NCBI GenBank assembly: GCA_031409275.1
Contig: JANNXA010000051.1
Coordinates: 128,001 to 192,000 of the forward strand
From: Planctomycetota bacterium
GTDB lineage: Bacteria; Planctomycetota; B15-G4; SIAN01
Direction of reading: 5' to 3'
Length of the DNA stretch: 64,000 nt
Shown here: positions 13,906 through 23,283 of the stretch, in pieces
Layout of the letters: every line of letters starts with the position of its first letter
Position numbering within the stretch: position 1 is the stretch's first letter
Position numbers and translations under genes: made by a program
The notes under the pieces: generated by a model
The model's database searches: none
Seen by the model: the letters and a program-made list of their open reading frames with translations, nothing else
Told to the model about the DNA's origin: nothing

Positions 13906-15063
13906 ATGGGGCTACTCGGGACGCTGCTTGAACGAATCGGCTGGCGCCGCGCGGCGGCGAAGGCACCGGCGACACCGGTGGGAAGCGCTCCGCCTCGCGT
14001 CGTCGTGACGCAGACTCCGGTCGCAGCGCAGCCGCCATCGCCATCGCCATCGGCCCCGCAAGCAGCGGCGGCTCCCACCCCGCACAAGGCTCCGGCGCCC
14101 ACGGCGGCGCCGCCCGCGGCGCTGAGCGCCGAACAGCTCGACGCGCAGCGCAAGGAACAGGAGCGCGCCGCGCCGCTCCACTCGTTCCAGGCATCGATCC
14201 TCGACGCGCGCTTCCAGGAACTCGACGTCGACCATCGCTTCGTCGACGAGATGGGTGCGCTGCTCCAGCGATCGCGCGATGACTTCGCGCTGCCGCCCGC
14301 TGCCGCCTTCGACGTGATGCGACTCCTCGACAACGCCACCTACCCGGTGAAGAAGGTTTCCGCCGCGATCTCCTGCGACCCGGCTCTCGCGGGAGCGGTG
14401 CTGTCGCTCGCCAACTCGCCGCTGCATCGCGGTTCGGTCGCCGTCGAGAGCGTGCCGAACGCCGTCGTGCGCCTCGGCCAGCGCCATCTGCGCCTGCTGC
14501 TGATGGACATCGCGCTCCATTCGACGCGCGTCCACGGCCGTCCGTACGAGGCGTTCTCGACGCTGCTGTGGAAGCACTCGCTGCTCACGGCGCAGCTCGC
14601 CCATGCCATCGCTGGCGTCGTGCATGTCGACCAGGAACACGCCTACATCGCCGGCCTCTTCCACGACATCGGCTGCCTCGCGGCCCTTTCCGCCTCTCGC
14701 CGCGTGGCGTTGCGCCAGGAACGCCACATCAGCCCGCAGACGCTGCTCGCGATCCTGCGTCGCTTCGGCTACGAGTTGAACGAGCCGATCGTCTCGCGGT
14801 GGCGAGTGCCGGAAGCGGTCGCGCGCGCCGTGGCGAATCGTCGCGACCTCGCGAAGGCGGGCGACCACGCGAGCCTCGCGGCGGTCGTCGAACTCGCCAA
14901 TGAGCTGTCGCGGCCGTTCGGCGCCTGGGTCGAGAAACGCGAGATCGACCTTCCCAACCACCCTGCGGTGGTCCACCTGCAGGTCGATCTGGGACGGCTT
15001 CCGGACGCGAACACCATTCTCGAACTCGCCGGCAAGATCGAACGAGTGGCGAAGATCGGCTGA
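13906..15063 (+). CDS. HDOD-domain signalling protein with Pro/Ala-rich N-terminal linker
   Basis: ISCDPALAGAVLSLANSP, AVVRLG, LWKHS, AGLFHDIG. Confidence 0.85.
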   Translation: MGLLGTLLERIGWRRAAAKAPATPVGSAPPRVVVTQTPVAAQPPSPSPSAPQAAAAPTPHKAPAPTAAPPAALSAEQLDAQRKEQERAAPLHSFQASILDARFQELDVDHRFVDEMGALLQRSRDDFALPPAAAFDVMRLLDNATYPVKKVSAAISCDPALAGAVLSLANSPLHRGSVAVESVPNAVVRLGQRHLRLLLMDIALHSTRVHGRPYEAFSTLLWKHSLLTAQLAHAIAGVVHVDQEHAYIAGLFHDIGCLAALSASRRVALRQERHISPQTLLAILRRFGYELNEPIVSRWRVPEAVARAVANRRDLAKAGDHASLAAVVELANELSRPFGAWVEKREIDLPNHPAVVHLQVDLGRLPDANTILELAGKIERVAKIG

Positions 15064-15077
15064 GCTAGTAACTCTGC

Positions 15078-16904
15078 ATGAACGCGCCCCGCAGCGTCGC
15101 CGAACTCCTCTTCGCGCAGGCGCGACGCCACGGCGCGCGACCGCTGTTGCGATTCAAGGAACAAGGCGCCTGGTATCACTGGAGCGCGGAACAGGCCGCG
15201 CATGCGGTGGCCAACCTCGCCGCGCACCTCGTCGCGCTGGGGCTGCCGCCCGGAGCGCGCGTCGCGATCCTCTCCGAGAACCGTCCCGAGTGGCTCCTCT
15301 CCGATCTTGCGTGCCTCGCAGCCGGACTGATCGATGTGCCGCTCTATGCGACCTGCCCGGCCAATGAGCAGATCGAGCTGCTGACACGCAGCGGCGCCGT
15401 CGCGCTGTTCGTCTCGACGCCGGAGCAGTGGCGCAAGATCGCACCCGCGCGCGCCACGCTGCCGGCGCTGTGCCACGTCATCGGTTTCGAGCATCGCGAC
15501 TTCGGCGACCCGGCGGTGCTGCCGTTCGCGTCGCTCGCGGCCGAGGCGACGTTCGCCGGCGCGGACACCGCGGCGGTCGAGGTGAAGCGGCGGCTCGCGG
15601 CGCTCACTCGCGCTGACGTGGCCACCATCCTCTACACCTCGGGAACGAGCGGCGAACCCAAAGGGGTGCAGCTCACGCACGGCAACCTGCTGTCCAATTG
15701 CGAAGCGATCCTGCAACACATCGCGCTTGGCCCCGACGACCTCACGCTCTCCTTCCTGCCGCTGTCGCACAGCTTCGAGCGCACCGCCGGCCACTACGCG
15801 CTGCTGCTCGCGGGCGGCGCGATCGCCTACGCGAGCGATCTCGACGCGGTCGCGCAGGAGATCCGCGAGGTGGCGCCGACGCTGCTGCTCGGCGTGCCGC
15901 GCTTCTACGAGAAGGTGCACGATCGGATCCTCGGCAACCTCGAACGCGCGCCGCGCTACCGCCGAGCCCTCTTCGAGTTCGCGCAACGCGTCGCCGACGA
16001 GACGCGTTCCTACCGGGAGGCGTCGGGCAGCGGCGGCGCCTTGCCGCTCAAGCTGCGTTTCCGTCATGAGCTCGCCGAGCGGCTGGTCCGCTCGCTGATC
16101 CGGCGGCGCTTCGGCGGGCGACTGCGTTTCCTGGTCAGCGGCGGCGCGCCGCTCGACCCCGAGCTCGTCCGCTTCTTCGAACAGATCGGCCTGCCGCTGC
16201 TCGAAGGCTACGGGCTCACCGAGTGCTCGCCGGTCGTCGCCTGCAATCGTGTCGGGCGCGCGCGCGGCGGCACGGTCGGCGAGGTCCTGCCCGGCGTCTC
16301 CGTGAGCTTCGCCGACGATGGCGAGATCCTCGTGCGCGGCGACAACGTGATGGCGGGCTACCTCGACGAGCCGGAGGCGACGCGCGCCGTGATGACCGCC
16401 GACGGGCGGCTCTGCACGGGCGATCTCGGCCACCTCGATGTCGACGGCTACCTGCATGTCACCGGCCGCAAGAAGGACCTGATCATCGGCTCTGGTGGCA
16501 AGAACGTCGCGCCTGCGCGCATCGAGGAGATGTTGAAGCGCCAGCGCATCGTCGCGGACGCCTGCGTGATCGGCGATCGACGCCCCTACCTCGTGGCGCT
16601 GCTCGTCCCCGACGAAGCAGCGCTGAAGACGCTGCTCGCGGAACGTGGCATCGACTGGAGCGGGCGCGCCGAGATGCTGCTCCGGCCGGAAGTGCAGTCG
16701 CTCTTCGCCACGGCGATCGAACAGGTGAACCAGGCGCTCGCGCCGCCCGAGCGGGTGCGCCGCTTCGCGCTCCTGCCCGAGCCGTTCAGCGCTGCCGCGC
16801 GCGAACTCACGCCGACGCTGAAGGTCCGGCGCGCGGCGGTGGCCCAGCGCTGGGCCGCGCAGATCGAGGCGCTCTACGCGACCCCCCATCGCGGCGCTCT
16901 GTGA
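15078..16904 (+). CDS. Long-chain fatty acid--CoA ligase (AMP-binding, FadD15-like)
   Basis: YTSGTSGEPKG, FLPLSHSFER, GYGLTE, TGDLG, GRKKDLI, ELTPTLK. Confidence 0.9.
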   Translation: MNAPRSVAELLFAQARRHGARPLLRFKEQGAWYHWSAEQAAHAVANLAAHLVALGLPPGARVAILSENRPEWLLSDLACLAAGLIDVPLYATCPANEQIELLTRSGAVALFVSTPEQWRKIAPARATLPALCHVIGFEHRDFGDPAVLPFASLAAEATFAGADTAAVEVKRRLAALTRADVATILYTSGTSGEPKGVQLTHGNLLSNCEAILQHIALGPDDLTLSFLPLSHSFERTAGHYALLLAGGAIAYASDLDAVAQEIREVAPTLLLGVPRFYEKVHDRILGNLERAPRYRRALFEFAQRVADETRSYREASGSGGALPLKLRFRHELAERLVRSLIRRRFGGRLRFLVSGGAPLDPELVRFFEQIGLPLLEGYGLTECSPVVACNRVGRARGGTVGEVLPGVSVSFADDGEILVRGDNVMAGYLDEPEATRAVMTADGRLCTGDLGHLDVDGYLHVTGRKKDLIIGSGGKNVAPARIEEMLKRQRIVADACVIGDRRPYLVALLVPDEAALKTLLAERGIDWSGRAEMLLRPEVQSLFATAIEQVNQALAPPERVRRFALLPEPFSAAARELTPTLKVRRAAVAQRWAAQIEALYATPHRGAL

Positions 16905-16938
16905 TCGGCCGCTCCGCCGCGGTTGAATCAGCGACCCC

Positions 16939-18780
16939 ATGGACGCTCCGCTGCCGCTCCCCACGCTGACGGCCCGCCTCGACGCGGCCTTGCGCCGCCA
17001 CGGCGAGCGACCGCTCGCCATCACTCCGGGGCGCGACGCTGCCGATCGCGTGCTGACCGCGCGCGCCGCGCGTGACGCGGCCGGTCGCTTCGCGGCGGGA
17101 CTCGTCTCGCTCGGCGCGCGCGCGGGCGAACCGGTGCTGGTCTGGAGCGAGAATCGCGAACGCTGGCTGATCGCCGAGCTCGCGCTGCTGCTGATCGGCG
17201 CGCCGGGTGTGCCGCGCGGCGCCGAAGCTCCCGCCGACGAGATCACGTTCATCGTCGGCAAGGTCCGCGCACGCATCGCGATCGTCGAGAAGCCAGAACT
17301 GCTGCGCCGACTCGCCGCCACCCACCCGCAGGTCGAGCACGTCGTGCTGCTCACCGGCAGCGATCCCGACGGCCGCGCGTTGACGTTCGAGCAGTGCCTC
17401 GAACTCGGCACCACCGCGAGCGCGATGCGGCTGCTCGCCGAAGAGCCGGCGCGGCGCCGACCCGACGACATCGCGACGATCGTCTTCACCTCGGGCACGA
17501 CCGGCCGCCCCAAAGGCGTGGTCCTCACGCAGGCGAACCTCGCCGCCAACCTCACGCAGGTGCTGTCGATCATCGACTTCGTGCCGGCCGGCGCCACCGG
17601 CCTGTCGATCCTGCCACCGTGGCACATGTTCGAGCGGATGGTCGAGTACGCGCTGATCGAGCTTGGCGTGCAGTTCGTCTACAGCGATCGGCGCCGCTTC
17701 GCGAAGGACCTGGCGCAATGGCGGCCCGCGGTCCTGCCGGCGGTGCCGCGGCTCTGGATGGCGATCGAGGAAGGCGTCCGCCAGAAGCTTTCGAGCGCGT
17801 CGCCGCGGCGCCGCGCACTGATCGACTACGCGCTGCGCCGCGGCGTCGCCCGGCAGCGCCTGCGTCGCATGGAACGCTCGGCCGGCGATGCGACGCCGTC
17901 CGCGTGGTCGCGCCTCTCGGCGCCGCTCGACGCGGTGCTGCAGCGATTCGTGCTCCGCAAGATCGCGCGCGCCCTCGGAGTCGATCGCCTCGCCGGCGGG
18001 CTGCCGATCAGCGGTGGCGGCTCGTTGCCCGATCACGTCGACCTCTTCTTCGCGGCGATCGGAGTACCGCTGCTGAACGGCTACGGGCTTACCGAGACCT
18101 CTCCCGTGCTCGCGCTCCGGCGACCGCGGCACGTGCGCGGCGGCACCGTGGGTCCGCCGTTGCCCGCCACCGAGATCGAGATCCGCCGATTGGAGGATGG
18201 CACGCCGCTTCCGCGTGGCGAACGCGGAGTGATCCACGCGCGCGGGCCACAAGTGATGGGCGGCTACTTCGAGGAACCGAAAGCGACCGCGGCGGTGCTG
18301 GCGCGCGATGGCTGGTTCGACACGGGCGACCTCGGCGTCCTCACGGCTGACGGCGAACTCGCGATCACCGGACGCGCGAAGGAGACGATCGTCCTGCTGT
18401 CGGGAGAGAACGTCGAGCCCGAACCGCTCGAGAACGCGCTGACGGCTTCGCCATGGATCGCGCAGGCGCTCGTCGTCGGACAGGATCAGAAGCAGCTCGG
18501 CGCCCTGCTCGTCGCCCGCCTGCCCCAATCGGCGCCGCCGCCGCCGCGCGAGCAGCTCCAGGCGTTGCTCCGCGCGGAACTCGATGCGCGCGTGTCGACC
18601 GCGGCCGGCTTCCGGCCCCACGAGCGGATCGGCCGGTTCGTACTGCTCGACGAGCCGTTCACGGTCGAGAACGGCGGCCTGTCGCAGACGCTCAAGATCA
18701 AGCGAACGGTCGTGCTCGAGCGCTGCGCGAAGCAGATCGAGGCGCTCTACCGCGCAGGCGGCGACGACTCCGCGAGCTGA
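16939..18780 (+). CDS. Long-chain fatty acid--CoA ligase (second, divergent paralog)
   Basis: FTSGTTGRPKG, ILPPWHMFER, GYGLTETSP, GWFDTGDLG, GRAKETIVLLSGENVEP. Confidence 0.9.
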   Translation: MDAPLPLPTLTARLDAALRRHGERPLAITPGRDAADRVLTARAARDAAGRFAAGLVSLGARAGEPVLVWSENRERWLIAELALLLIGAPGVPRGAEAPADEITFIVGKVRARIAIVEKPELLRRLAATHPQVEHVVLLTGSDPDGRALTFEQCLELGTTASAMRLLAEEPARRRPDDIATIVFTSGTTGRPKGVVLTQANLAANLTQVLSIIDFVPAGATGLSILPPWHMFERMVEYALIELGVQFVYSDRRRFAKDLAQWRPAVLPAVPRLWMAIEEGVRQKLSSASPRRRALIDYALRRGVARQRLRRMERSAGDATPSAWSRLSAPLDAVLQRFVLRKIARALGVDRLAGGLPISGGGSLPDHVDLFFAAIGVPLLNGYGLTETSPVLALRRPRHVRGGTVGPPLPATEIEIRRLEDGTPLPRGERGVIHARGPQVMGGYFEEPKATAAVLARDGWFDTGDLGVLTADGELAITGRAKETIVLLSGENVEPEPLENALTASPWIAQALVVGQDQKQLGALLVARLPQSAPPPPREQLQALLRAELDARVSTAAGFRPHERIGRFVLLDEPFTVENGGLSQTLKIKRTVVLERCAKQIEALYRAGGDDSAS

Positions 18781-19451
18781 CCTCCCATGCGCGCGGGCAA
18801 CTGCTCGGCGATGGCGGTCATCACCTCGTCGCGCAGCAGGCGACGTGCGTCGCGTGGCAGCACCCCAGGAGCCGCCGCCGCCGGAGTCACCACGCGCGAG
18901 AAGCGGACTTCGACTGCACGCGGTTTGGGGAAGCCGCCGCCGCGCGGCAGCGCGTCGAAGGTGCCGACCAGCGCGGCCGTGAGCACCGGCGCGCCGCCCT
19001 GAAGCAACAGCGACGCGACGCCGAGTTGCCCCTCGCGCAGCCGACCGTCGTCGCTGATCCCGCCTTCGGGAAAGATCCCGACCACGCGCCCGCGCCGCAA
19101 CGCCGCGAGCGCCAGGCGCATCGCCTCGACGTTGGTGGCGCCATCCTGGACGCGGATGCACCCGAAGAGGCGCATGACGAAACGGTAGCCCGGCGCATCG
19201 AAGACGCTCGAGGTGACCAGGAAGGTGATGCGACGGCGCACGGCCAGTCCGAGCATCAACGGGTCGAGGTAGGAGACGTGGTTCGCCGCGACGACCAGCG
19301 CGCCGCTCGGGAACGGGCTCGGTCGACGGCGCACACGGAAACGGAACCAGGCGATGCAGAAACCCTGGGTGAAGAACCAGAGCGCCGCGTGCAGCAACAG
19401 GAAGGGCTGGCGCGGCGGCGCCAGCCCTTCGTCACGAGACCCGGGCGACAA
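18747..19451 (-). CDS. 1-acyl-sn-glycerol-3-phosphate acyltransferase (PlsC family)
   Basis: NHVSYLD (HX4D) and IFPEG motifs. Confidence 0.85.
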   Translation of the reverse strand: MSPGSRDEGLAPPRQPFLLLHAALWFFTQGFCIAWFRFRVRRRPSPFPSGALVVAANHVSYLDPLMLGLAVRRRITFLVTSSVFDAPGYRFVMRLFGCIRVQDGATNVEAMRLALAALRRGRVVGIFPEGGISDDGRLREGQLGVASLLLQGGAPVLTAALVGTFDALPRGGGFPKPRAVEVRFSRVVTPAAAAPGVLPRDARRLLRDEVMTAIAEQLPARMGGQLAESSPPAR

Positions 19452-19475
19452 CGACGAGCCCGCGCGAACGGGTCG

Positions 19476-20555
19476 TCACTTCTTCATCGCCGCCTTCTTC
19501 GCCCACTCGGAAGTCGGGAACTCCTCGGCGCAGCGGCTGAAGAGGATCTTGGCTCGCTTCTGGTTGTTCTCGCCCTCGCGCGCGCCGAGGCAGAGGCCGC
19601 CCTTGTAGAGCGCCTCGCCGAGCAGCTCGCTCTGCTTCAGGCTGTCACCGTAGTGGAAGATCGTGCGGAAGAAGAGGAAGAGCGCCGCGTCGTAGTCCGC
19701 CTTGCTCGGCGTTTCCTTGGCGAGGTAGGTCGATCCGAGCCCGTTGTAGGCACCCGCCACGATCGCGATGTCGGACGCGGAGGCCTGGCGGTCCTTGATG
19801 ATGTCCTCGAAGAACTTCTTGGCCTTGTCGACCTGCTTCTGGTCGATCATCACGTAGCCGACCCGAAGACGCGCCATGTTGGCGACGTCCGGGAACTCGG
19901 CCGCCTTGCCTTGCAGCTCCTGGTAGCCAGTGAGCGCCGCCTTCGAGTCGCTCTTCTCCAGCAGCTCGAGCAGGCGGAAGTCGGCCAGCAGCTCCCAGCG
20001 CGCGCCGAGGTTCTTCAGCGTCACCTGCCCCTTCAGCTGCTCGTAGGTCTTCTTCGCCTCTTCCGGCTTGCGCAGCGCACGCTGGCACATCGCGATGCGC
20101 TCGTAGCAGTCGCCGAAGAAGCGGGTCTTCGGAACCGCGGTGAGCAGTTCGTTGTACGCCTTGATGGCGTCCTCGAGCTTGTTCGAAAGGCGCATGCACT
20201 CGGCGACGTTGAAGAGGCCGTACTGCTTCTCCCAGTTCTTCGCGCCCGCTGCAGCGGTCTTGTAGAAATCGGCCGCCTTGGCGTAATCGCCGACCGCGAA
20301 GGCGTCGTCGCCGAAGCCATAGAACTTCGAGCGCTTGGTGTAGATGACCTCGCGCACCTTGGCCGCCGCGTAGTTCTGCGGCGCCGGGATCCCCTTCTGC
20401 CGATAGACGACCCCTTCGTAGGTCTCGTCGGTGACGGTCACATCGGCGCGCGTCTCGCCCTTGAACAGGACGATCTCATCGGCGCGCGCGTGAACCGCCA
20501 GCGCGGCGAGGAGGAGAGCAGCGAGGGAAGCGCGGAAGAACTTCGAGTGCGACAT
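19476..20555 (-). CDS. Exported tetratricopeptide-repeat protein
   Basis: Signal peptide ending VHA-RAD; repeated TPR-like helices (GDYAKAADFY, EDAIKAYNELL, EEAKKTYEQL); strongly biased codon usage. Confidence 0.8.
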   Translation of the reverse strand: MSHSKFFRASLAALLLAALAVHARADEIVLFKGETRADVTVTDETYEGVVYRQKGIPAPQNYAAAKVREVIYTKRSKFYGFGDDAFAVGDYAKAADFYKTAAAGAKNWEKQYGLFNVAECMRLSNKLEDAIKAYNELLTAVPKTRFFGDCYERIAMCQRALRKPEEAKKTYEQLKGQVTLKNLGARWELLADFRLLELLEKSDSKAALTGYQELQGKAAEFPDVANMARLRVGYVMIDQKQVDKAKKFFEDIIKDRQASASDIAIVAGAYNGLGSTYLAKETPSKADYDAALFLFFRTIFHYGDSLKQSELLGEALYKGGLCLGAREGENNQKRAKILFSRCAEEFPTSEWAKKAAMKK

Positions 20556-20646
20556 CGGGGGCGGCTCCACTACGTTCAGGTTCTCGTGCGTGAGGGTCTT
20601 GCTCGGGATCCTTCGCGCATCCGAGCTCGGCGCGGAAAGGCGGAGG

Positions 20647-20675
20647 ATCAAAGCTGTCGTTGCGAACACGGTCAA
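20647..20675 (-). promoter_or_regulatory. Putative sigma70 promoter of the TPR gene
   Basis: Minus strand TTGACC-N17-TTTGAT, about 90 nt upstream of the ATG. Confidence 0.4.
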
Positions 20676-20688
20676 GGTGAACGGAGAG

Positions 20689-21636
20689 TCAGAGCAACGG
20701 TTCCGGGAGCGCGTCGCCGTCGCCGGGTGGAACGTCGATCGCCTCGGGGTCGCCGCGGACGCTCCAGCGCCCCTCCGGCTTGCCGCGACGCACGGCGATC
20801 ATCTCGGCGACGATCGAAACGGCGATCTCATCCGCCGTCCGCGCTCCGAGTCGAAGGCCGACCGGCGTGCGAATGCGTTTGAGCCAACCACGATCGACCC
20901 CCGCCTCGACCAGCTTGTCGAAGGTCAACCGTGCCTTAGTACCACTGCCGATCATCCCCAGGTAACGCGGGGCGACCCGCCGGCGCCAAAGTTCCTCGAG
21001 AATGACACGGTCGTCGGCGTGCGACCGGGTCATCACCAGGACGTAGCTCGCGGCATCGATCGGAAGGCTCCGCGCCGCGGCGTCGGGGTAATCGACCTGC
21101 GCCATCGCCGCCATCGGGAAGCGGGCGGTGGAGGCGTAGTCGGGGCGATCGTCAGTCACGACGATGCGAAAGCCGACGCGGGCGGCGAGCCCCGCCACTG
21201 CCCGGCTCACGTGACCGCCGCCGAACAGGACGAGCGATGGAGCGGTGATCGGCTCGAGGTAGACCTCGACGTGCCCGCCGCAGATCAGCGCGCCGTCCGG
21301 GGCGTCTTCGGCCGTCAGCTCCATCGCGACGCGTCGCGGCCGCTCTTCCTCGATGACGCGTTGCGCCTGGCGCTTGACCTCCTCTTCGAGGCAGCCGCCG
21401 CCCACCGACCCGAGCGTGCTGCCGTCGGCGCGCACCAGGATCTTCATCGGTTCGCGCGCCGGCGCGGAACCGCGAACCGCGATCACCGTCGCGAGCGCCG
21501 CCGCCGTCCCCTCTTCGCGGCAGCGCACGATCTCGCGGAAGAGCCGATCTTCGATGCTGTGGGAAGCTCCCGGCGGGAGTTCCACTTCATCGAGCGGGTG
21601 GACGCGGACGCGTGACGAGTCAGCGGGCGAGGCCAT
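20689..21636 (-). CDS. XdhC/CoxI family molybdoenzyme accessory protein
   Basis: GSAPAR...GSVGGGCLE, ICGG, LFGGGHV, DDRP, VMTRSH..D, YLGMIGS, PVGL.LGA.T.DEIAVSIVAE. Confidence 0.9.
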   Translation of the reverse strand: MASPADSSRVRVHPLDEVELPPGASHSIEDRLFREIVRCREEGTAAALATVIAVRGSAPAREPMKILVRADGSTLGSVGGGCLEEEVKRQAQRVIEEERPRRVAMELTAEDAPDGALICGGHVEVYLEPITAPSLVLFGGGHVSRAVAGLAARVGFRIVVTDDRPDYASTARFPMAAMAQVDYPDAAARSLPIDAASYVLVMTRSHADDRVILEELWRRRVAPRYLGMIGSGTKARLTFDKLVEAGVDRGWLKRIRTPVGLRLGARTADEIAVSIVAEMIAVRRGKPEGRWSVRGDPEAIDVPPGDGDALPEPLL

Positions 21637-21711
21637 GGCGCCGGAGCTTACGCGGCGCGCGGGCGGTGCCGTCCCCGACGCACCGGCGCGCGGCGATTCC
21701 ACGCGTCCTCC

Positions 21712-21746
21712 ACAACCAACCAATTTGGATGGTTGACAACCAACCA
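21712..21746. promoter_or_regulatory. Putative MocR/PdxR operator (two direct repeats and one inverted repeat) overlapping a TTGACA -35 box
   Basis: ACAACCAACCA at 21712-21722 and 21736-21746; inverted TGGATGGTTG at 21726-21735; TTGACA at 21733-21738. Confidence 0.7.
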
Positions 21747-21768
21747 TTCGACGCCAACATCCCGCACC

Positions 21769-23247
21769 ATGTACTTGCCGGTCGATCGCACCAGCTCCAC
21801 GCCTTTGCGCAGCCAGATCGTGGCAGCGATCCGCGCGCGCATCGAGTCGGGCGAGTGGCACGCCGGCACTCGCTTGCTTTCGAGCCGTGAACTCGCCGAC
21901 CGGCTCGGCGTCAATCGCACGACGGTCGTGCAGAGCTACGGCGACCTCAGCGCCGAGGGGCTGCTCGAGTCAGGCGTCGGTCGCGGCACCTTCGTGCGCG
22001 CCACCGCGGCGGAAGCTTCCGTCGCCGCACTCGCTCCCGACGGCCCGATCGCATGGGACGCACGTCTCTCGCCGAATCGCCCGCTGCCGCGACTGCCGGC
22101 CGCCAGCGACGACACGGCACCGCGCGTCGCGCTGGCACGCGCCGTCGGCCACCCAGCGCTCTATCCCGTCGACCGGATCAAGACGGCCCTCGACCGCGTC
22201 TTCGCTCAGCGCGGCCGCGAACTGCTCGCCTACCCCTCCCCGGCCGGCTACGCGCCGTTGCGCGACGTGTTGCGCCGGCGGCTCGCGCGTCACGGCGTCG
22301 ACGTGCAGCGCAACGAACTCGTCATCGTGAACGGCTCGCAGCAGGGGCTCGACCTCATCACGCGCCTGCTCCTCGCGGATGGCGGGACGGTGCTGACCGC
22401 GCAGCCGACTTTCTCGGGTGCGCTCGACCTGTTCCGGTGGCATCGAGCGCAACTCGTCGGCGTTCCAGCCGACGCCACCGGCTTCGACCTCGCCGTGCTC
22501 GACCGCACCTTGGCAACGGTGCGCCCCCGCTTCTGCTACGTGATCCCCGACCGCGCGAACCCGACCGGCCTTTCGCTGCCAGCGCCCGCACGAGCGGCGC
22601 TGCTCGAACGGCTGCAAGCGGCTCGCATTCCGGTCGTCGAGGACGATTGGCTCGCCGAGCTGCGTCGCGACGACGAACCGCCGCCGCTCAAGGCGCAGGA
22701 CCGCCTCGATCAGATCCTCTACCTCGGCACCTTCTCGAAGGTGCTCGCGCCGGGGCTGCGACTGGGGTGGCTGTTGGTGCCGCGCGCGTTGTTCGAGCCG
22801 CTGTTGGCGCTGAAGAAGATCAGCGATCTCGCCACCAACTTCCCGGCGCAGGCGGTGCTCCACGAACTGCTCGAAAGCGGCTTCATCGACGACCACGCGC
22901 GCGACCTGCGCCTCCAGTTCGAGCGGCGCCGCGATGCCGTCGACGCCGCGATCGACCGCCACTTCCCGCGCGACGTTCGGCCGCTGCGCCCCCATTCCGG
23001 CATGGTCTGCTGGATCGAGCTTCCGCGCGGCGGTGACGTCGCGCGCCTCGTCGAGGAAGCGCGGCGCGAAGGGATCGACATCTCGCCCGGCTCGCCGTTC
23101 GATCCCAATGGTCGTCCGCTCTCCGCGTTCCGGCTCTCCTACTCGGCCGCCAGCGAAGCGGAGCTCGAGCCGGCGATCGCGCGACTCGGCGGCCTCCTCC
23201 ATCGTCAACTCACCAGCGGCAGCCATGCGGCGCCGCCTCTCGTCTGA
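21769..23247 (+). CDS. pdxR: MocR/GabR-family (GntR HTH + aminotransferase-like domain) regulator, probably PdxR
   Basis: LLSSRELADRLGVNRTTVVQSY..L..EG...GRGTFV HTH; NGSQQGL, NPTG, VVEDD, GTFSKVLAPGLRLGW; directly upstream of pdxST. Confidence 0.8.
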   Translation: MYLPVDRTSSTPLRSQIVAAIRARIESGEWHAGTRLLSSRELADRLGVNRTTVVQSYGDLSAEGLLESGVGRGTFVRATAAEASVAALAPDGPIAWDARLSPNRPLPRLPAASDDTAPRVALARAVGHPALYPVDRIKTALDRVFAQRGRELLAYPSPAGYAPLRDVLRRRLARHGVDVQRNELVIVNGSQQGLDLITRLLLADGGTVLTAQPTFSGALDLFRWHRAQLVGVPADATGFDLAVLDRTLATVRPRFCYVIPDRANPTGLSLPAPARAALLERLQAARIPVVEDDWLAELRRDDEPPPLKAQDRLDQILYLGTFSKVLAPGLRLGWLLVPRALFEPLLALKKISDLATNFPAQAVLHELLESGFIDDHARDLRLQFERRRDAVDAAIDRHFPRDVRPLRPHSGMVCWIELPRGGDVARLVEEARREGIDISPGSPFDPNGRPLSAFRLSYSAASEAELEPAIARLGGLLHRQLTSGSHAAPPLV

Positions 23248-23283
23248 AACTTCCCATCGCTCGCCCGTAACCGAGGAACTTCG

